Source: Alphaproteobacteria bacterium (GTDB lineage: Bacteria; Pseudomonadota; Alphaproteobacteria; CADEGL01). Taken from it: 33,482 nt of DNA. The notes under the pieces were generated by a model that was given only the letters and a program-made list of their open reading frames with translations, was not told the origin of the DNA and searched no databases. The stretch lies in the NCBI GenBank assembly GCA_963583595.1, contig CAUZWC010000003.1, positions 1 through 33,482 on the forward strand, given 5' to 3'. Positions 8,605 through 17,944 of the stretch are shown here, one piece after another. Within the stretch, counting starts at the first letter, position 1. Every line of letters begins with the position of its first letter. The translations under genes and the position numbers were made by a program.

Positions 8605-9351
8605 CTAGGGCTGAAACAACCGCAAGGCGATGAGGATTGCGCCGAGGACGGCGAGCAGGGCGAGCACGGCCAGGCGGAACTGATCGGGCGACAGACGGCG
8701 GCGGGTTTTCGCTCCTAGCCGGACGCCGAAATAGACCGGCACGATGCCGATGGCCGAGATTGCCGCGGCATGCCAGGTCATCAGGCCCAGGCGCGACAGG
8801 CCCAGGACCATCACCAGGCTCGACAGGGTGAAGGCGATGTTGATCGCCTGGACGAAGCGTGCCGGATCGAGCCGCAGGGCCATCAGATAGGGTAGTACCG
8901 GCATGACCTGGGAACCGGTCATGCCATTCACCAGCCCGGTCAGGATGCCCGTCAGCGGACCGAGCGGGCGTTCCAGCCTCGGCGGCAGGACGACATCGGG
9001 CTGGGCCAGGGCGAAGAGGCTGTAGCCGATCAGCACCACGCCCAGGATCGCCGCGCCGGACTGCGGATTGATATGGCCGAGCAGCCAGAGGCCGAGCAGC
9101 AGGCCGGGTAGCAGGCTGAGATAGAGAGGCCAGAAGCGGCGCGCGGATTCGCGGAAATGCCCGGCCTCGACCATCACCATCAGGTTGCTGGCGACCGAAG
9201 GAATGATCAGCAGCGGCAAGGCCTCGTGCAGGCCGAAGGCCAGGACCAGCCAAGCGATGCAGGAGGTCGAGAAGCCGAGCCCGGTCAGCCCTTTGACGAA
9301 GGCCGCGTAGAAATAGGCGGTCAGGGCGATGGCCAGCGCGAGCGGATCCAC
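8605..9351 (-). CDS. TSUP (TauE/SafE) family transporter
   Basis: AAFVKGLTGLGF and a repeated G.L.G.VNGMTG motif; about 8 hydrophobic segments; 248 aa. Confidence 0.9.
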   Translation of the reverse strand: MDPLALAIALTAYFYAAFVKGLTGLGFSTSCIAWLVLAFGLHEALPLLIIPSVASNLMVMVEAGHFRESARRFWPLYLSLLPGLLLGLWLLGHINPQSGAAILGVVLIGYSLFALAQPDVVLPPRLERPLGPLTGILTGLVNGMTGSQVMPVLPYLMALRLDPARFVQAINIAFTLSSLVMVLGLSRLGLMTWHAAAISAIGIVPVYFGVRLGAKTRRRLSPDQFRLAVLALLAVLGAILIALRLFQP

Positions 9352-9366
9352 CGGCGGATGCCGAGC

Positions 9367-9618
9367 CTAGCGCCGGCCGCGGGCGTAACGCAGCAGGTAG
9401 AACACCAGCCAGATGGGCACGACGACGATGGCGCCGATCAGAATATGCGGCACGGCCCAGCGGACGGCGTCCACGACGGTCATGAAGATGCTCTCGACCG
9501 TGCCGCCGATATTGTGGAGCAGCGAACCGGGGTCGAGGTCCAGCACGTTGAGGATGAAGCCGACCACAAAACTGAGAATGAGCAGGCGGATGATGACGCC
9601 GCCTATACCGTCGCGCAT
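9367..9618 (-). CDS. Small integral membrane protein (DUF6460-like)
   Basis: IRLLILSFVVG.IL...ILIGAIVVVPIWL pattern of a common alphaproteobacterial 2-TM family. Confidence 0.8.
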   Translation of the reverse strand: MRDGIGGVIIRLLILSFVVGFILNVLDLDPGSLLHNIGGTVESIFMTVVDAVRWAVPHILIGAIVVVPIWLVFYLLRYARGRR

Positions 9619-9624
9619 GCCGGC

Positions 9625-10368
9625 TCAGCCGTCCTTCGAGGCGAAGCGCAACCCGCCGGCGACCTGCAGGGTCGGCACGATGTCGATCAGGTTCACGTTT
9701 ACATGGGCCGGGGCGTCGAGGACGTAGAGAATGGCATCGGCCACGTCCTTGGCCTGCAGGGGCTCGACCTCAGTATAGAATTTATGGGCCAGTTCGGCAT
9801 CGCCCGTCGCCTGTTCCAGGAACTCGGTCGCGACGCGGCCGGGCGCGATCTCCGAAACCCGGACATGCTTGCCGTAAAGTTCGTTGCGCAGGACCTGGCC
9901 GAGCACGCGCAGCCCGGTCTTGGCCGCGTTGTAGACCGACATATTTGAGAAAATCGCCAGGGCGCCGAGCGAGGTGACATTGACGATATGGCCCCGGTCG
10001 CGCGCCGCCATGCTCTTGGCGGCGGTGCGCAGCACATGGGTCGCGGCCCGCAGATTGACGTCGATGACCCGGTCGACCTGTTCGGCCGTCATCTCGTATA
10101 GCGGCCCCGGCGGCACGCCGGATCCCGCATTGTTGACGACGATATCGGGCGCCAGTTCGGCCATCGCGGCTTCGACCGCCGGCGTGTCCATCAGGTCGAG
10201 GGCCAGCGGCGTGCAGCCGGTCTGCTCGGCCAGGGTTTCGAGCCTGTCGGCCCGGCGGGCCAGGGCGGTGACGGCAATGCCGCGGGCGCGCAGGGCGCGG
10301 ACGACCTCCGCCCCGATCCCGGCGCTGGCTCCCGTGACGAGGGCGCTTCTGTAATCGGATATGGTCAT
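9625..10368 (-). CDS. SDR oxidoreductase (YdfG/serine dehydrogenase-like)
   Basis: TGASAGIG, ARR.DRL, NNAG, YNAAK, PGRV.TEF, HVNVN. Start reassigned to MTISDY (10368). Confidence 0.92.
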   Translation of the reverse strand: MTISDYRSALVTGASAGIGAEVVRALRARGIAVTALARRADRLETLAEQTGCTPLALDLMDTPAVEAAMAELAPDIVVNNAGSGVPPGPLYEMTAEQVDRVIDVNLRAATHVLRTAAKSMAARDRGHIVNVTSLGALAIFSNMSVYNAAKTGLRVLGQVLRNELYGKHVRVSEIAPGRVATEFLEQATGDAELAHKFYTEVEPLQAKDVADAILYVLDAPAHVNVNLIDIVPTLQVAGGLRFASKDG

Positions 10369-10484
10369 GGGCGCGGAGTATAGCGGGCGAGGTTGAGGCC
10401 AGCCACGCCTGATATCTCCGCGCCGCTGGACCGCGCGCCCAACAGGCGCCACAATCGCGACTTGGAACCAGGGAGAAAGACGAC

Positions 10485-11528
10485 ATGAAAGCGGCGCGCT
10501 ATCATGCCCATGACAGGCCCCTTGAAATCGAGGAGGTGGCGGACCCTGTCCTGCGGCCGGGCGCCGTGACCGTCCGCGTGACGGCCTGTTTCGTTTCGCC
10601 GACCATGGCGTCCGTGATGGCTTCGCCCAGCCCGCCGCCCCTGCCGCCTGCGCCCTTCGTGCCCGGGATGAACGTGCTGGGCGAGGTGTTGGAGGTGGCG
10701 GCGGATGTGCCCGGCCTGAAACCGGGCATCCCGGTCTTCTGCGATCCCCTGGTGCGCTCGACCAATCCCGGCGCGCCGGACGATTCGGCCTTCGCGGGCT
10801 ATTTTGGTTTCTCTGCGGCGGCACGAGGCATTCTGGCGCGCTGGCCCGACGGCGGTTTCGCCGAGCAGGCGATCTTTCCGGCCGAGGGAGTCACGGCCCT
10901 GGGCGCCGCCGTGACCGCCGGACCCGCTATACTTACCCGTCTCGGCCATCTCGGCACCGCATACGGCGCCTTCGCGCGCGGCAGCTTCGCGCCCGGCCAT
11001 ACCGTCGCCGTCACCGGGGCGACCGGCGTGCTGGGCGTGTCCACGGTCCTGCTCGCCCTCGCGATGGGCGCAGGCCGTGTGATCGCCATCGGCCGTCGGC
11101 CCGAGACCCTGGAACGGTTGGTCGCCTTGGATCCGACCCGGGTCGTCGCCGCCGATTACGATTCGATTCCCGCCGGGGTGGACCTGGTGGTCGATGCCTT
11201 GGGCCATGTTCCGACACCGGCGCCGACCCTGGCTGCCATCGCCGCCCTGCGCCAGGGCGGCAATGCCGTCCTGGTCGGCGGGGTGGCGGGCGATCTGCCT
11301 CTGCCTTACGGCTCGATGATCGGGCGCGAGATCGGCGTGATCGGCTCGCTCTGGTTTGAGCGGGCGGCGATGGCGAAGGTCCTGGGCATGATCGGCAGCG
11401 GACAGTTGGATCTGTCCGCCTTGCAGTTCGACAGTTATCCCATCGAGCGGGCGAACGAGGCGATGGCCGCCGCCGCCGCGCCCGGCCGGCCCGACGGCTT
11501 CACCCATGTCGCGTTGGTCCCGGCCTAA
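10485..11528 (+). CDS. MDR-superfamily (alcohol dehydrogenase-like) oxidoreductase
   Basis: MKAA..., GroES-like N-terminal domain (PFVPG...GEV), VTGATGVLG Rossmann motif, GVIGS. Confidence 0.85.
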   Translation: MKAARYHAHDRPLEIEEVADPVLRPGAVTVRVTACFVSPTMASVMASPSPPPLPPAPFVPGMNVLGEVLEVAADVPGLKPGIPVFCDPLVRSTNPGAPDDSAFAGYFGFSAAARGILARWPDGGFAEQAIFPAEGVTALGAAVTAGPAILTRLGHLGTAYGAFARGSFAPGHTVAVTGATGVLGVSTVLLALAMGAGRVIAIGRRPETLERLVALDPTRVVAADYDSIPAGVDLVVDALGHVPTPAPTLAAIAALRQGGNAVLVGGVAGDLPLPYGSMIGREIGVIGSLWFERAAMAKVLGMIGSGQLDLSALQFDSYPIERANEAMAAAAAPGRPDGFTHVALVPA

Positions 11529-11995
11529 CTGAAGGCGATCATCCGGCCGCAGACGATTACGCTGAGCCAGAGCGATATCGACAGCAGGGCGGCGGCACGG
11601 ACCGGCGCCGGAGGCCGGCCCGCCAAGCCTTCGATGCGGGGAAATGTCCGCAGATGGAAATAGGCCGCGTTGAGCCCCGCCAGGGCGATGAAGCCCAGTT
11701 TCCAGGGAAAGAAGGGGTTGCCCCAGACGTCGCGCGGGTTGACCGCGAACATCAGGAAGCCGGTCGTGGCGGCAAGGCAGAAGGCACTGACCGCCAGCGG
11801 CAGGAGATGGCGCGCCAAGGGGCGCAGCGGCAGGGCGCGCGAGCGACCGAGCAGGCGCAGATCGAAGGCCAGGATCGTGCCGAACAGCACGGCGATCGAC
11901 AGCACATGGCTGAGATTGATGAGCGGATAGGCCCAGCGTGTGCTGCGCAGATAATAGGCGATCTGCAGATTCTGGATGGTGTCCAGGATATCCAT
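11525..11995 (-). CDS. 4-TM membrane protein (DUF6644-like)
   Basis: WAYPL...HVL.IA.LFG.I..FDLRLLG, TGFLMF, NPFF.WKL..IALAGLNA.YFH, GRMIAF. Confidence 0.82.
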   Translation of the reverse strand: MDILDTIQNLQIAYYLRSTRWAYPLINLSHVLSIAVLFGTILAFDLRLLGRSRALPLRPLARHLLPLAVSAFCLAATTGFLMFAVNPRDVWGNPFFPWKLGFIALAGLNAAYFHLRTFPRIEGLAGRPPAPVRAAALLSISLWLSVIVCGRMIAFS

Positions 11996-12013
11996 GACTA
12001 AAATTTCCGTGCG

Positions 12014-12523
12014 CTATTCGCAGCTAACGGGGAGCGTGGTCTCCGTCACCCAATACCGCTTGCCGCCGGTGACTTCGACGAAGGCCACATAGGCATCCGA
12101 TTCCTCGTCGCAGGACGGATAGGCGATAGCCCGGAAGGTATCGTTCTCCTTGAGATCTGCGCCCATGATCCCCGCCTTCTCGAGCTGCCAGAAGGCCGAG
12201 ATGACGAGAGTCCAGAGGCCTTCCTGGGCGGCGCGGATGCTCTGGGGGACGGCGCGGCCTTCGATCTCCGCGCCCGGCGTGTAGTCGGGCGGCAGGACGA
12301 CTCCCGATTCGACCTCGACCCGCACATAGGAATGGGGATATTGCCAATAGACCTCGCGAATACGGCCCTCGAAATAGAGCGGCTTGGTCGATTCGAAACG
12401 GACGAAACCGTGATGCGCCTCGACCGTCGCGAAGACGCTGGAGATCGAGAGCGCGGCTGCGACCAGGATGCCCAGCGTTCGCAATTTTCCCCGACCGATG
12501 CGTTGGGTGTCAGACTTGGCCAT
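12014..12523 (-). CDS. Exported protein (DUF6152-like)
   Basis: Signal-peptide-like segment ending VEA followed by HHG; G.I.EV.WQYPH motif. Confidence 0.72.
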   Translation of the reverse strand: MAKSDTQRIGRGKLRTLGILVAAALSISSVFATVEAHHGFVRFESTKPLYFEGRIREVYWQYPHSYVRVEVESGVVLPPDYTPGAEIEGRAVPQSIRAAQEGLWTLVISAFWQLEKAGIMGADLKENDTFRAIAYPSCDEESDAYVAFVEVTGGKRYWVTETTLPVSCE

Positions 12524-12561
12524 ACAGGCTCGCTTTCATGATGTAAGCCGAGGTTATCAGA

Positions 12562-13695
12562 ATGTCCGCAACCGGTTGTCAATCCGTCGAACAAGGCGCG
12601 TTGCGGGCCGATGTTGCCGTCATCGGCGGTGGCGTTTCGGGCCTGTGCGCGGCGTTGTATCTGGCGCGCGGTGGTGCCGAGGTCGTGCTGCTGGAGGCCG
12701 GCATGATCGCCGGCCAGGGGTCGAGCGCCAATGCCGGGACCTTGGCTTTGCAGAACAAACGACCGCCGATGCTCCCCTTTTTCATCGAAGGGGTCGAGGA
12801 GTGGCGACGCCTGGCCGAGAGCCTTGAATTGGATATTGGCTACGGGCGGCCCGGCGGGCTGCAGGTGGCCGAAACCGGCGCGGACTTGGTCGTTCTCGAA
12901 GAGCAGGCCGGTCGCCTGCGGGACCATGGCATCGCGGTCGATTGGATGGAGGGTTCGGCCCTGACGGCGCGGGCACCTTGGCTCGCGCCCAGCGTGCGCG
13001 CCGCGACCGCGAGCGATACTGATGGCTATGCCGATCCTCTGCGGGCGGGGCAGGCCCTGGCCCGCGCGGTGTGTGCAGCGGGCGGGCGGATTCGAACCCA
13101 TGCACCGGTGGTCGAGGCGTTGCGTCATGGGACCGGCTACGCGCTGACCGGACCGAGCGGTACCGTAACTTGCGATTCCGTCGTCATTGCCGCGGGACCT
13201 TGGTCGGCGGCCCTGGCCCGCCGCTTCGGCGCGGCGCTCGATGTCGAGCCCAACACCATCATACTGACCGTAACCGAATCCGCGCCTGCCGCCCTGGACC
13301 GGGTCGTCACCCATATTCGCGGGCGGCTGACGATCAAACAGACGGCGGCGGGCGGCTGCCTGATCGGCGGGGGGTGGTATGGGCGCGGCGATTTCGCCGG
13401 GGGTCGGTGCGATATCGCCTATAACTCTCTGATCCATAATCTGCGCCTGGCTTGTGCCGTCGTGCCTTTTCTTGCGGGCCTGCGCACGCTCCGCCATTGG
13501 GCCGGCTATGAGGCGCGGACCCGGCACGGCCGACCGCTTCTGGGCGCCGTCCCTGGCCGGGCAGGGCTCTATGCCCTCGTGCCCTCTGCAGGGGGATGGA
13601 CGGCGGCGGCTCTGGGCGGGCGGCTGATTGCCGAATGCGTGCTGACCGGACGAACGCCGCCTCTCGCCGAGGGCCTCGCGCCGGAAGCAGGTTGA
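12562..13695 (+). CDS. FAD-dependent oxidoreductase, DAO/glycine oxidase/SoxB-like
   Basis: DVAVIGGGVSG, SSANAG, DGYADP, VIAAGPWS, WAG...T..GRPLLG. Confidence 0.88.
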   Translation: MSATGCQSVEQGALRADVAVIGGGVSGLCAALYLARGGAEVVLLEAGMIAGQGSSANAGTLALQNKRPPMLPFFIEGVEEWRRLAESLELDIGYGRPGGLQVAETGADLVVLEEQAGRLRDHGIAVDWMEGSALTARAPWLAPSVRAATASDTDGYADPLRAGQALARAVCAAGGRIRTHAPVVEALRHGTGYALTGPSGTVTCDSVVIAAGPWSAALARRFGAALDVEPNTIILTVTESAPAALDRVVTHIRGRLTIKQTAAGGCLIGGGWYGRGDFAGGRCDIAYNSLIHNLRLACAVVPFLAGLRTLRHWAGYEARTRHGRPLLGAVPGRAGLYALVPSAGGWTAAALGGRLIAECVLTGRTPPLAEGLAPEAG

Positions 13696-13696
13696 C

Positions 13697-14179
13697 CTAG
13701 GCCACACTCTCCGCCGCCAGGCGGCGCAACTTGAGGACCGCACTGTCGACCGCGACGATCTCGACCCGCGCGCCGGCATCGATAGCCTTGCCGGTCTCGT
13801 TTTCAGCCAGCCACCAGGTGTCGTCGAGCTGAATCCGCCCGCGGCCTTCGGGTAGACCTTCGCCCAGGGTCAGGCGGCGGCCGATATAGCTCTCGCCGCG
13901 CAGATTGAGAGTGGGGCTGTCGGTCTCAGCTGGGCGGCGCTGCCGCCATCGCTGCCAGAAGAATGTCGAGATCACGGCGAGAACGGCGAAGACCAGCACC
14001 TGGATGCGCCAGTCGAGACCCGGCGCGACCGCGATCACGAGGCCGATGGCGAAGGCAGAAGCGGCAGGCCAAATCAGGAGGGTCGAGGGCGCCAGGATCT
14101 CGACGGCGATCAGCAGGACCGCGAAGGCCCACCAATGCCAATAGCTGATCTCCCAGAGCCAGGCGATATAGGCGTCCAT
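13697..14179 (-). CDS. NfeD family protein (YbbJ-like)
   Basis: N-terminal TMs, LNLRG.SYIGR, GRIQLDDTWW OB-fold; directly downstream of the SPFH gene. Confidence 0.92.
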   Translation of the reverse strand: MDAYIAWLWEISYWHWWAFAVLLIAVEILAPSTLLIWPAASAFAIGLVIAVAPGLDWRIQVLVFAVLAVISTFFWQRWRQRRPAETDSPTLNLRGESYIGRRLTLGEGLPEGRGRIQLDDTWWLAENETGKAIDAGARVEIVAVDSAVLKLRRLAAESVA

Positions 14180-14187
14180 CGTCTTCT

Positions 14188-15126
14188 CTAGACTTTGCGG
14201 TCGGCGAAGGCGGCCTTCGCGATCTCGGCCACCCCGGCGATGCTGCCCAGCACGCTGGCGGCTTCGAGCGGCAGCATGATGACCTTCTGATTGGGCGCCG
14301 AGGCGATCTGGCCGAGCGCATCGACATAGCGCTGCGCGACGAAATAGTTAATCGCCTCGGGCCGCCCGGCGGCGATGGCCTCGGAGACGTCATGGGTCGC
14401 CTTGGCCTCGGCTTGGGCCTCGCGCTCGCGCGCCTCGGCGTCGCGATAAGCCGCCTCGCGCCGGCCCTCGGCTTCCAGGATCGCGGCCTGCTTCATGCCC
14501 TCGGCGCGCAGAATCGCGGCTTGCTTGGCGCCCTCGGCAGTGAGTATTTCGGCGCGCTTCTCGCGCTCCGCCTTCATCTGCCCGGCCATGGAATTGACCA
14601 AGTCGGTGGGCGGCGAGAGGTCCTTGATCTCGATGCGCGTGACCTTGATGCCCCAGGGATTGGTCGCCGCATCGATTACCCGCAGCAGCCGGTCGTTGAT
14701 GTCGTCGCGTTTGGATAGCACGTCGTCCAGGCTCATCGAGCCGATGACCGAACGGATATTGGTCATGCAGAGATTAGTGATCGCGCGCTCCAGATCGTCG
14801 ACTTCATAGGCCGCCTTGGGTGCGTTGACCACTTGGAAGAAGGTCACGCCGTCGGCCGTGACCGTGGCGTTGTCGAAGGTGATGACATCCTGGGCCGGGA
14901 TGTCGAGTACGGTCTCGCGCATTGAGACCTTCACGCCGATGCGGTCGACCACGGGAATGATCATGTTGAGGCCTGGGGACAGACTGCGGGTGTAGCGGCC
15001 GAATCGCTCGATCGTCCACTGGGTCGCCTGGGGCACGGTCTTCACCCCGGCCAGAATCAGGAAGACGGCCAGGACGACGACGGCGATAACGAAAACCAGG
15101 AAGGGACTCGGCGTGAATTCGCCCAT
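14188..15126 (-). CDS. qmcA: SPFH/band 7/stomatin-like protein (QmcA/YbbK)
   Basis: ERFGRY..L.PGL, QDVIT.DNA, WGIKVTRIEIKD, QMKAEREKRA, AINYFVAQRY. Confidence 0.92.
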   Translation of the reverse strand: MGEFTPSPFLVFVIAVVVLAVFLILAGVKTVPQATQWTIERFGRYTRSLSPGLNMIIPVVDRIGVKVSMRETVLDIPAQDVITFDNATVTADGVTFFQVVNAPKAAYEVDDLERAITNLCMTNIRSVIGSMSLDDVLSKRDDINDRLLRVIDAATNPWGIKVTRIEIKDLSPPTDLVNSMAGQMKAEREKRAEILTAEGAKQAAILRAEGMKQAAILEAEGRREAAYRDAEAREREAQAEAKATHDVSEAIAAGRPEAINYFVAQRYVDALGQIASAPNQKVIMLPLEAASVLGSIAGVAEIAKAAFADRKV

Positions 15127-15195
15127 GATTGCTTCTCCCTCGATGGGGCCGGGTCGCGGCGAACCGCTGCGCGACCGGACAGAGTCGCAATTCTA

Positions 15196-16410
15196 TCAGA
15201 GAGTGCGGCGGATCGACACGGATGCGATGGCGAGAAGGACGGTGCCCAGCGCGACATAGACCAGCGCCATCCAGGCCATGTCTTCCATTGTCACGCCGGC
15301 ATCGATCATCCAGCCCATGATCCCCGGCGACAGGGCGCTGGCCAGGACCATGAGGGCGGAGGAGAGGGCGCGAATCGAGCCGATCGTCTGCACGCCGTAG
15401 ATCTCGGCCCAGAGCGCGCCGATGATCGTCATGCTGAATCCCGTGGTCACACCCGTCGCGCCCAGGAACACGAAGATGGCGGAGGGTTCGTCGGACAGGG
15501 CGAGGGCGAAGAGGCCGACCGCCAGCATGGGCAGATAGAAGGGCAGCAGGGCGGTGGCGCTGAAGCGGTCGATCAGCGGGCCGACGATCAGGGTCGCGAG
15601 CAAGGAGGCGGCGGCATAGGCGGCGAACCCGGAGGCCCAGAGTTCGAGGGGCCAGCCCTTGGTTTCGACCAGATGGACCTGGTGGAACAGGAAGCCGGTC
15701 ACGATAAAGGCGGGGGCCAGGGCGGCCGGCATGACCAGATAGAAGCGCGGATCGCGCAGCACATCGCGCTGGCCCCAGCGCCGGGGCGCGGCGGTCCCTG
15801 CCGGCAGAAGGGCGGGAACATCCTCCGCGGGCGGCCCCGCGCGCAACAGCCAGAGGGTCAGCGGCAGCATGATACCGAGCAGCAGAAGCCCGCCGCTGAC
15901 ATAGGTGGCGCGCCAGCCGATCGTCGCGATTCCGGCCACGACGAGAAGCGGCAGGAAGGCCTGATAGGCTGGCATCCCCAGGGTCGCCATGGCCAGCGCC
16001 TTGCCCCGGTCGCGCGTGAAATAGCGCGCCATGCTGGTCACCGCGACATGGGTCATCATCCCCTGCCCGGCGAGGCGCAGCGCGAAGAAGGCGAGAAGGA
16101 GGAAGGCCGCGATCGGGGTCGCCGCGGTCAGGGCGCAGGCCCCGGCCAGGCCAAACAGCACGTAGATGGTGAAGCGCTTCAGCGGGATATGGTCGATCTT
16201 GGGGCCCAGCCAGACCACGGTGAAGCCGCTGGCCAGGGTGGCGATCGAGTAGTAGAGGCCGAAATCGCCGTGGCTGAGATCGAACTCGGCCCTGATCTCG
16301 CCGCTGAACAGGGCGATGAAATAGGTCTGCCCGAAGCTCGAAAACCCTTCGAGCGAGAAGCCGAAGAGAAGAAAGCGCCAATGGGCACGAATGAAAGGCA
16401 GGTAGATCAC
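15196..16410 (-). CDS. MFS transporter
   Basis: About 12 hydrophobic segments, SSFGQTYFI, GP.ID motif in both halves, RGKALA. GTG start. Confidence 0.92.
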   Translation of the reverse strand: MIYLPFIRAHWRFLLFGFSLEGFSSFGQTYFIALFSGEIRAEFDLSHGDFGLYYSIATLASGFTVVWLGPKIDHIPLKRFTIYVLFGLAGACALTAATPIAAFLLLAFFALRLAGQGMMTHVAVTSMARYFTRDRGKALAMATLGMPAYQAFLPLLVVAGIATIGWRATYVSGGLLLLGIMLPLTLWLLRAGPPAEDVPALLPAGTAAPRRWGQRDVLRDPRFYLVMPAALAPAFIVTGFLFHQVHLVETKGWPLELWASGFAAYAAASLLATLIVGPLIDRFSATALLPFYLPMLAVGLFALALSDEPSAIFVFLGATGVTTGFSMTIIGALWAEIYGVQTIGSIRALSSALMVLASALSPGIMGWMIDAGVTMEDMAWMALVYVALGTVLLAIASVSIRRTL

Positions 16411-16458
16411 GGCAGGCGTCTTCGGTCCGGTGCGGTGGAGGGCGGAACTGAGGCCGGT

Positions 16459-16803
16459 TCAGCCGGCGCAGGCAATGCAGGTCGGGGCGGCCGGGTTCAG
16501 CTCCAGGCGCTTGCGGGGAATGGGCGCTTCGCAGCGCATGCAATAGCCATAATCCCCGGCCGTGATCCGTGCTAGGGCGGTCTCGATACGCTTCGCTTCG
16601 GCCTCGCGTCGCCGTTGCGTTTCTGCCGCCATGGCCTGGACCTGCATGGCGTCCATGCGCGATAGCCGGCCGACCTTCGATTGGTCGAGCTGGACCGGCG
16701 CCCGGTCCGCACGCGTCCGGTCGCCCAGTTCCACCAATTCGGCCAGTCGGGCTTCCAAGACTGTCCCCACCGCGGCCAAGTCGCTCTCCGTCCATTCGGC
16801 CAT
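16459..16803 (-). CDS. TraR/DksA family C4 zinc-finger protein
   Basis: LDQSKVGRLSRMDAMQ coiled coil; GDYGYCMRC...RL..NP....CIAC. Start may instead be 16836. Confidence 0.9.
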   Translation of the reverse strand: MAEWTESDLAAVGTVLEARLAELVELGDRTRADRAPVQLDQSKVGRLSRMDAMQVQAMAAETQRRREAEAKRIETALARITAGDYGYCMRCEAPIPRKRLELNPAAPTCIACAG

Positions 16804-16872
16804 GGCCCGGGACGCCTCGCGGTTTTCAGTTTGCATGCTCTCGGACCGTAGCGCGGTACCTCGCCCATCGCA

Positions 16873-17721
16873 ATGTCACGGCAAGGGCGCCGCGAAGGTG
16901 CGGCCCTGCTTGAGGTTGCCGATAGCGTTCTGGCCCGGATCGCGAAACGTCTGGGCACGATGCGCGTGATGGCCAAGCAAGCGGCGGCGCCGAGCTGGTC
17001 GGCGGTCGAGCGCCGGGCGCTGCAGGGCTTTTTCGCCGCCGGCCGGCGCGAAATCGACGATCTCGCGGAGGAGGCCAGTTTCAACGGTGTCGCCTTGCTG
17101 CGCGACGGCAAGCGAGAACTTTGCAAGGTGCGGCGTGTTCTCCAGCGGCACTAGCTCGCGACATCGCCCGGCTACCGCCTTCACGCTCATACGGGGTTCG
17201 AGAATTTCGTCTTCCGGCCCGACGCGCGGAGCCTCCTGGCGGGCGACGTGATTAGGGTCGAATACGAGGCCGAGGCCGGGCGGATCGCGGTGACCAATAT
17301 GACGACAGGACGCCGGGCGCTGGCGACCGCGCCGAACCGGGCCCTGGCAATCGGCGGCATCGCGGCGGTGGAGGTGCCGGCCTTCGGTCTGCGCATCGTC
17401 ATCAATGAGGATTTTGTCGTCGGTCGCGACAACCGTGCGCCGTTCGACAATCCGGGCCTCAACGAGCTCGTACTGAGTGCGGACCACGATTGGACCTCCG
17501 GGACCGCGATGCTCGACCGGGCACATTCCCGGTTCGGCGCGACCGGGGCGGATGTGACCGTCGTTCTCGAATCGGCTCGCTTGGAGGCGATCGACGAAGC
17601 GCTGGTCGAGGCATCGATTGCCAGTACCGCCGCCGCCGCCGCGGCCTTGCCGCGGGTCGAGATGGCCTGCTAAAGACTCGTCGAGATGCGGGCGGCCTAT
17701 GCCGGGGCCCGGTCGGCGCTC
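16873..17721 (+). pseudogene. Degenerate flagellin-like gene
   Basis: EGAALLEVADS.L.RI...L..MR.MA.QAA...ER.AL...EID.LA..ASFNG..LL matches the flagellin N-terminal helical domain. SIASTAAA.AAL..VE.A.*RL..MRA.YAGA.S.L matches the C-terminal D1 helix. The ORFs at 16873, 17248 and 17686 share one frame, broken by TAG 17152-17154 and TAA 17671-17673. Confidence 0.7.
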
Positions 17722-17730
17722 TGCGGCGAG

Positions 17731-17898
17731 CCCGCAACCGCTGGGCACCAGTCCGACGGCGGGCGAGAGGCCGGTCAACAGGGGCACCAGGACGGTGGCG
17801 CCGAACATGGCGAAGAGGTGCTGGGTCGAGAGCAGCGCCCAGAGGCCCGGTCTCGGCCGGTCGGCAATATCCAGGATCGGCCTTTGGCTCGCTTCCAT
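17731..17898 (-). pseudogene. uraA: 5' fragment of NCS2 uracil permease (UraA/PyrP)
   Basis: MEASQRPILDIADRP...LSTQHLFAMFGATVLVPLLTGLSPAVGLVPSGCG carries the TM1 QH signature; AGGGGGA RBS. Similarity ends after about 56 codons. Confidence 0.82.
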
Positions 17899-17944
17899 CG
17901 CTTGTCCCCCTGATCGCATCGGTGCCGCGCGAAGTGGTCTGGAG

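Noticed and set aside
4180-17673. Stop-codon reassignment or pyrrolysine readthrough explaining the in-frame TAG/TAA in the permease and flagellin-like frames
   Set aside because: TAG and TAA end many intact genes here at the expected C-termini (e.g. 700, 7160, 8460, 24780, 26458, 29796). Both broken genes also carry deletions, and no pyl genes are visible.
16876-17919. 347-aa minus-strand ORF as a real uracil permease or novel fusion
   Set aside because: Only about 56 codons resemble UraA. The remainder is antisense to the flagellin-like frame and is not hydrophobic.
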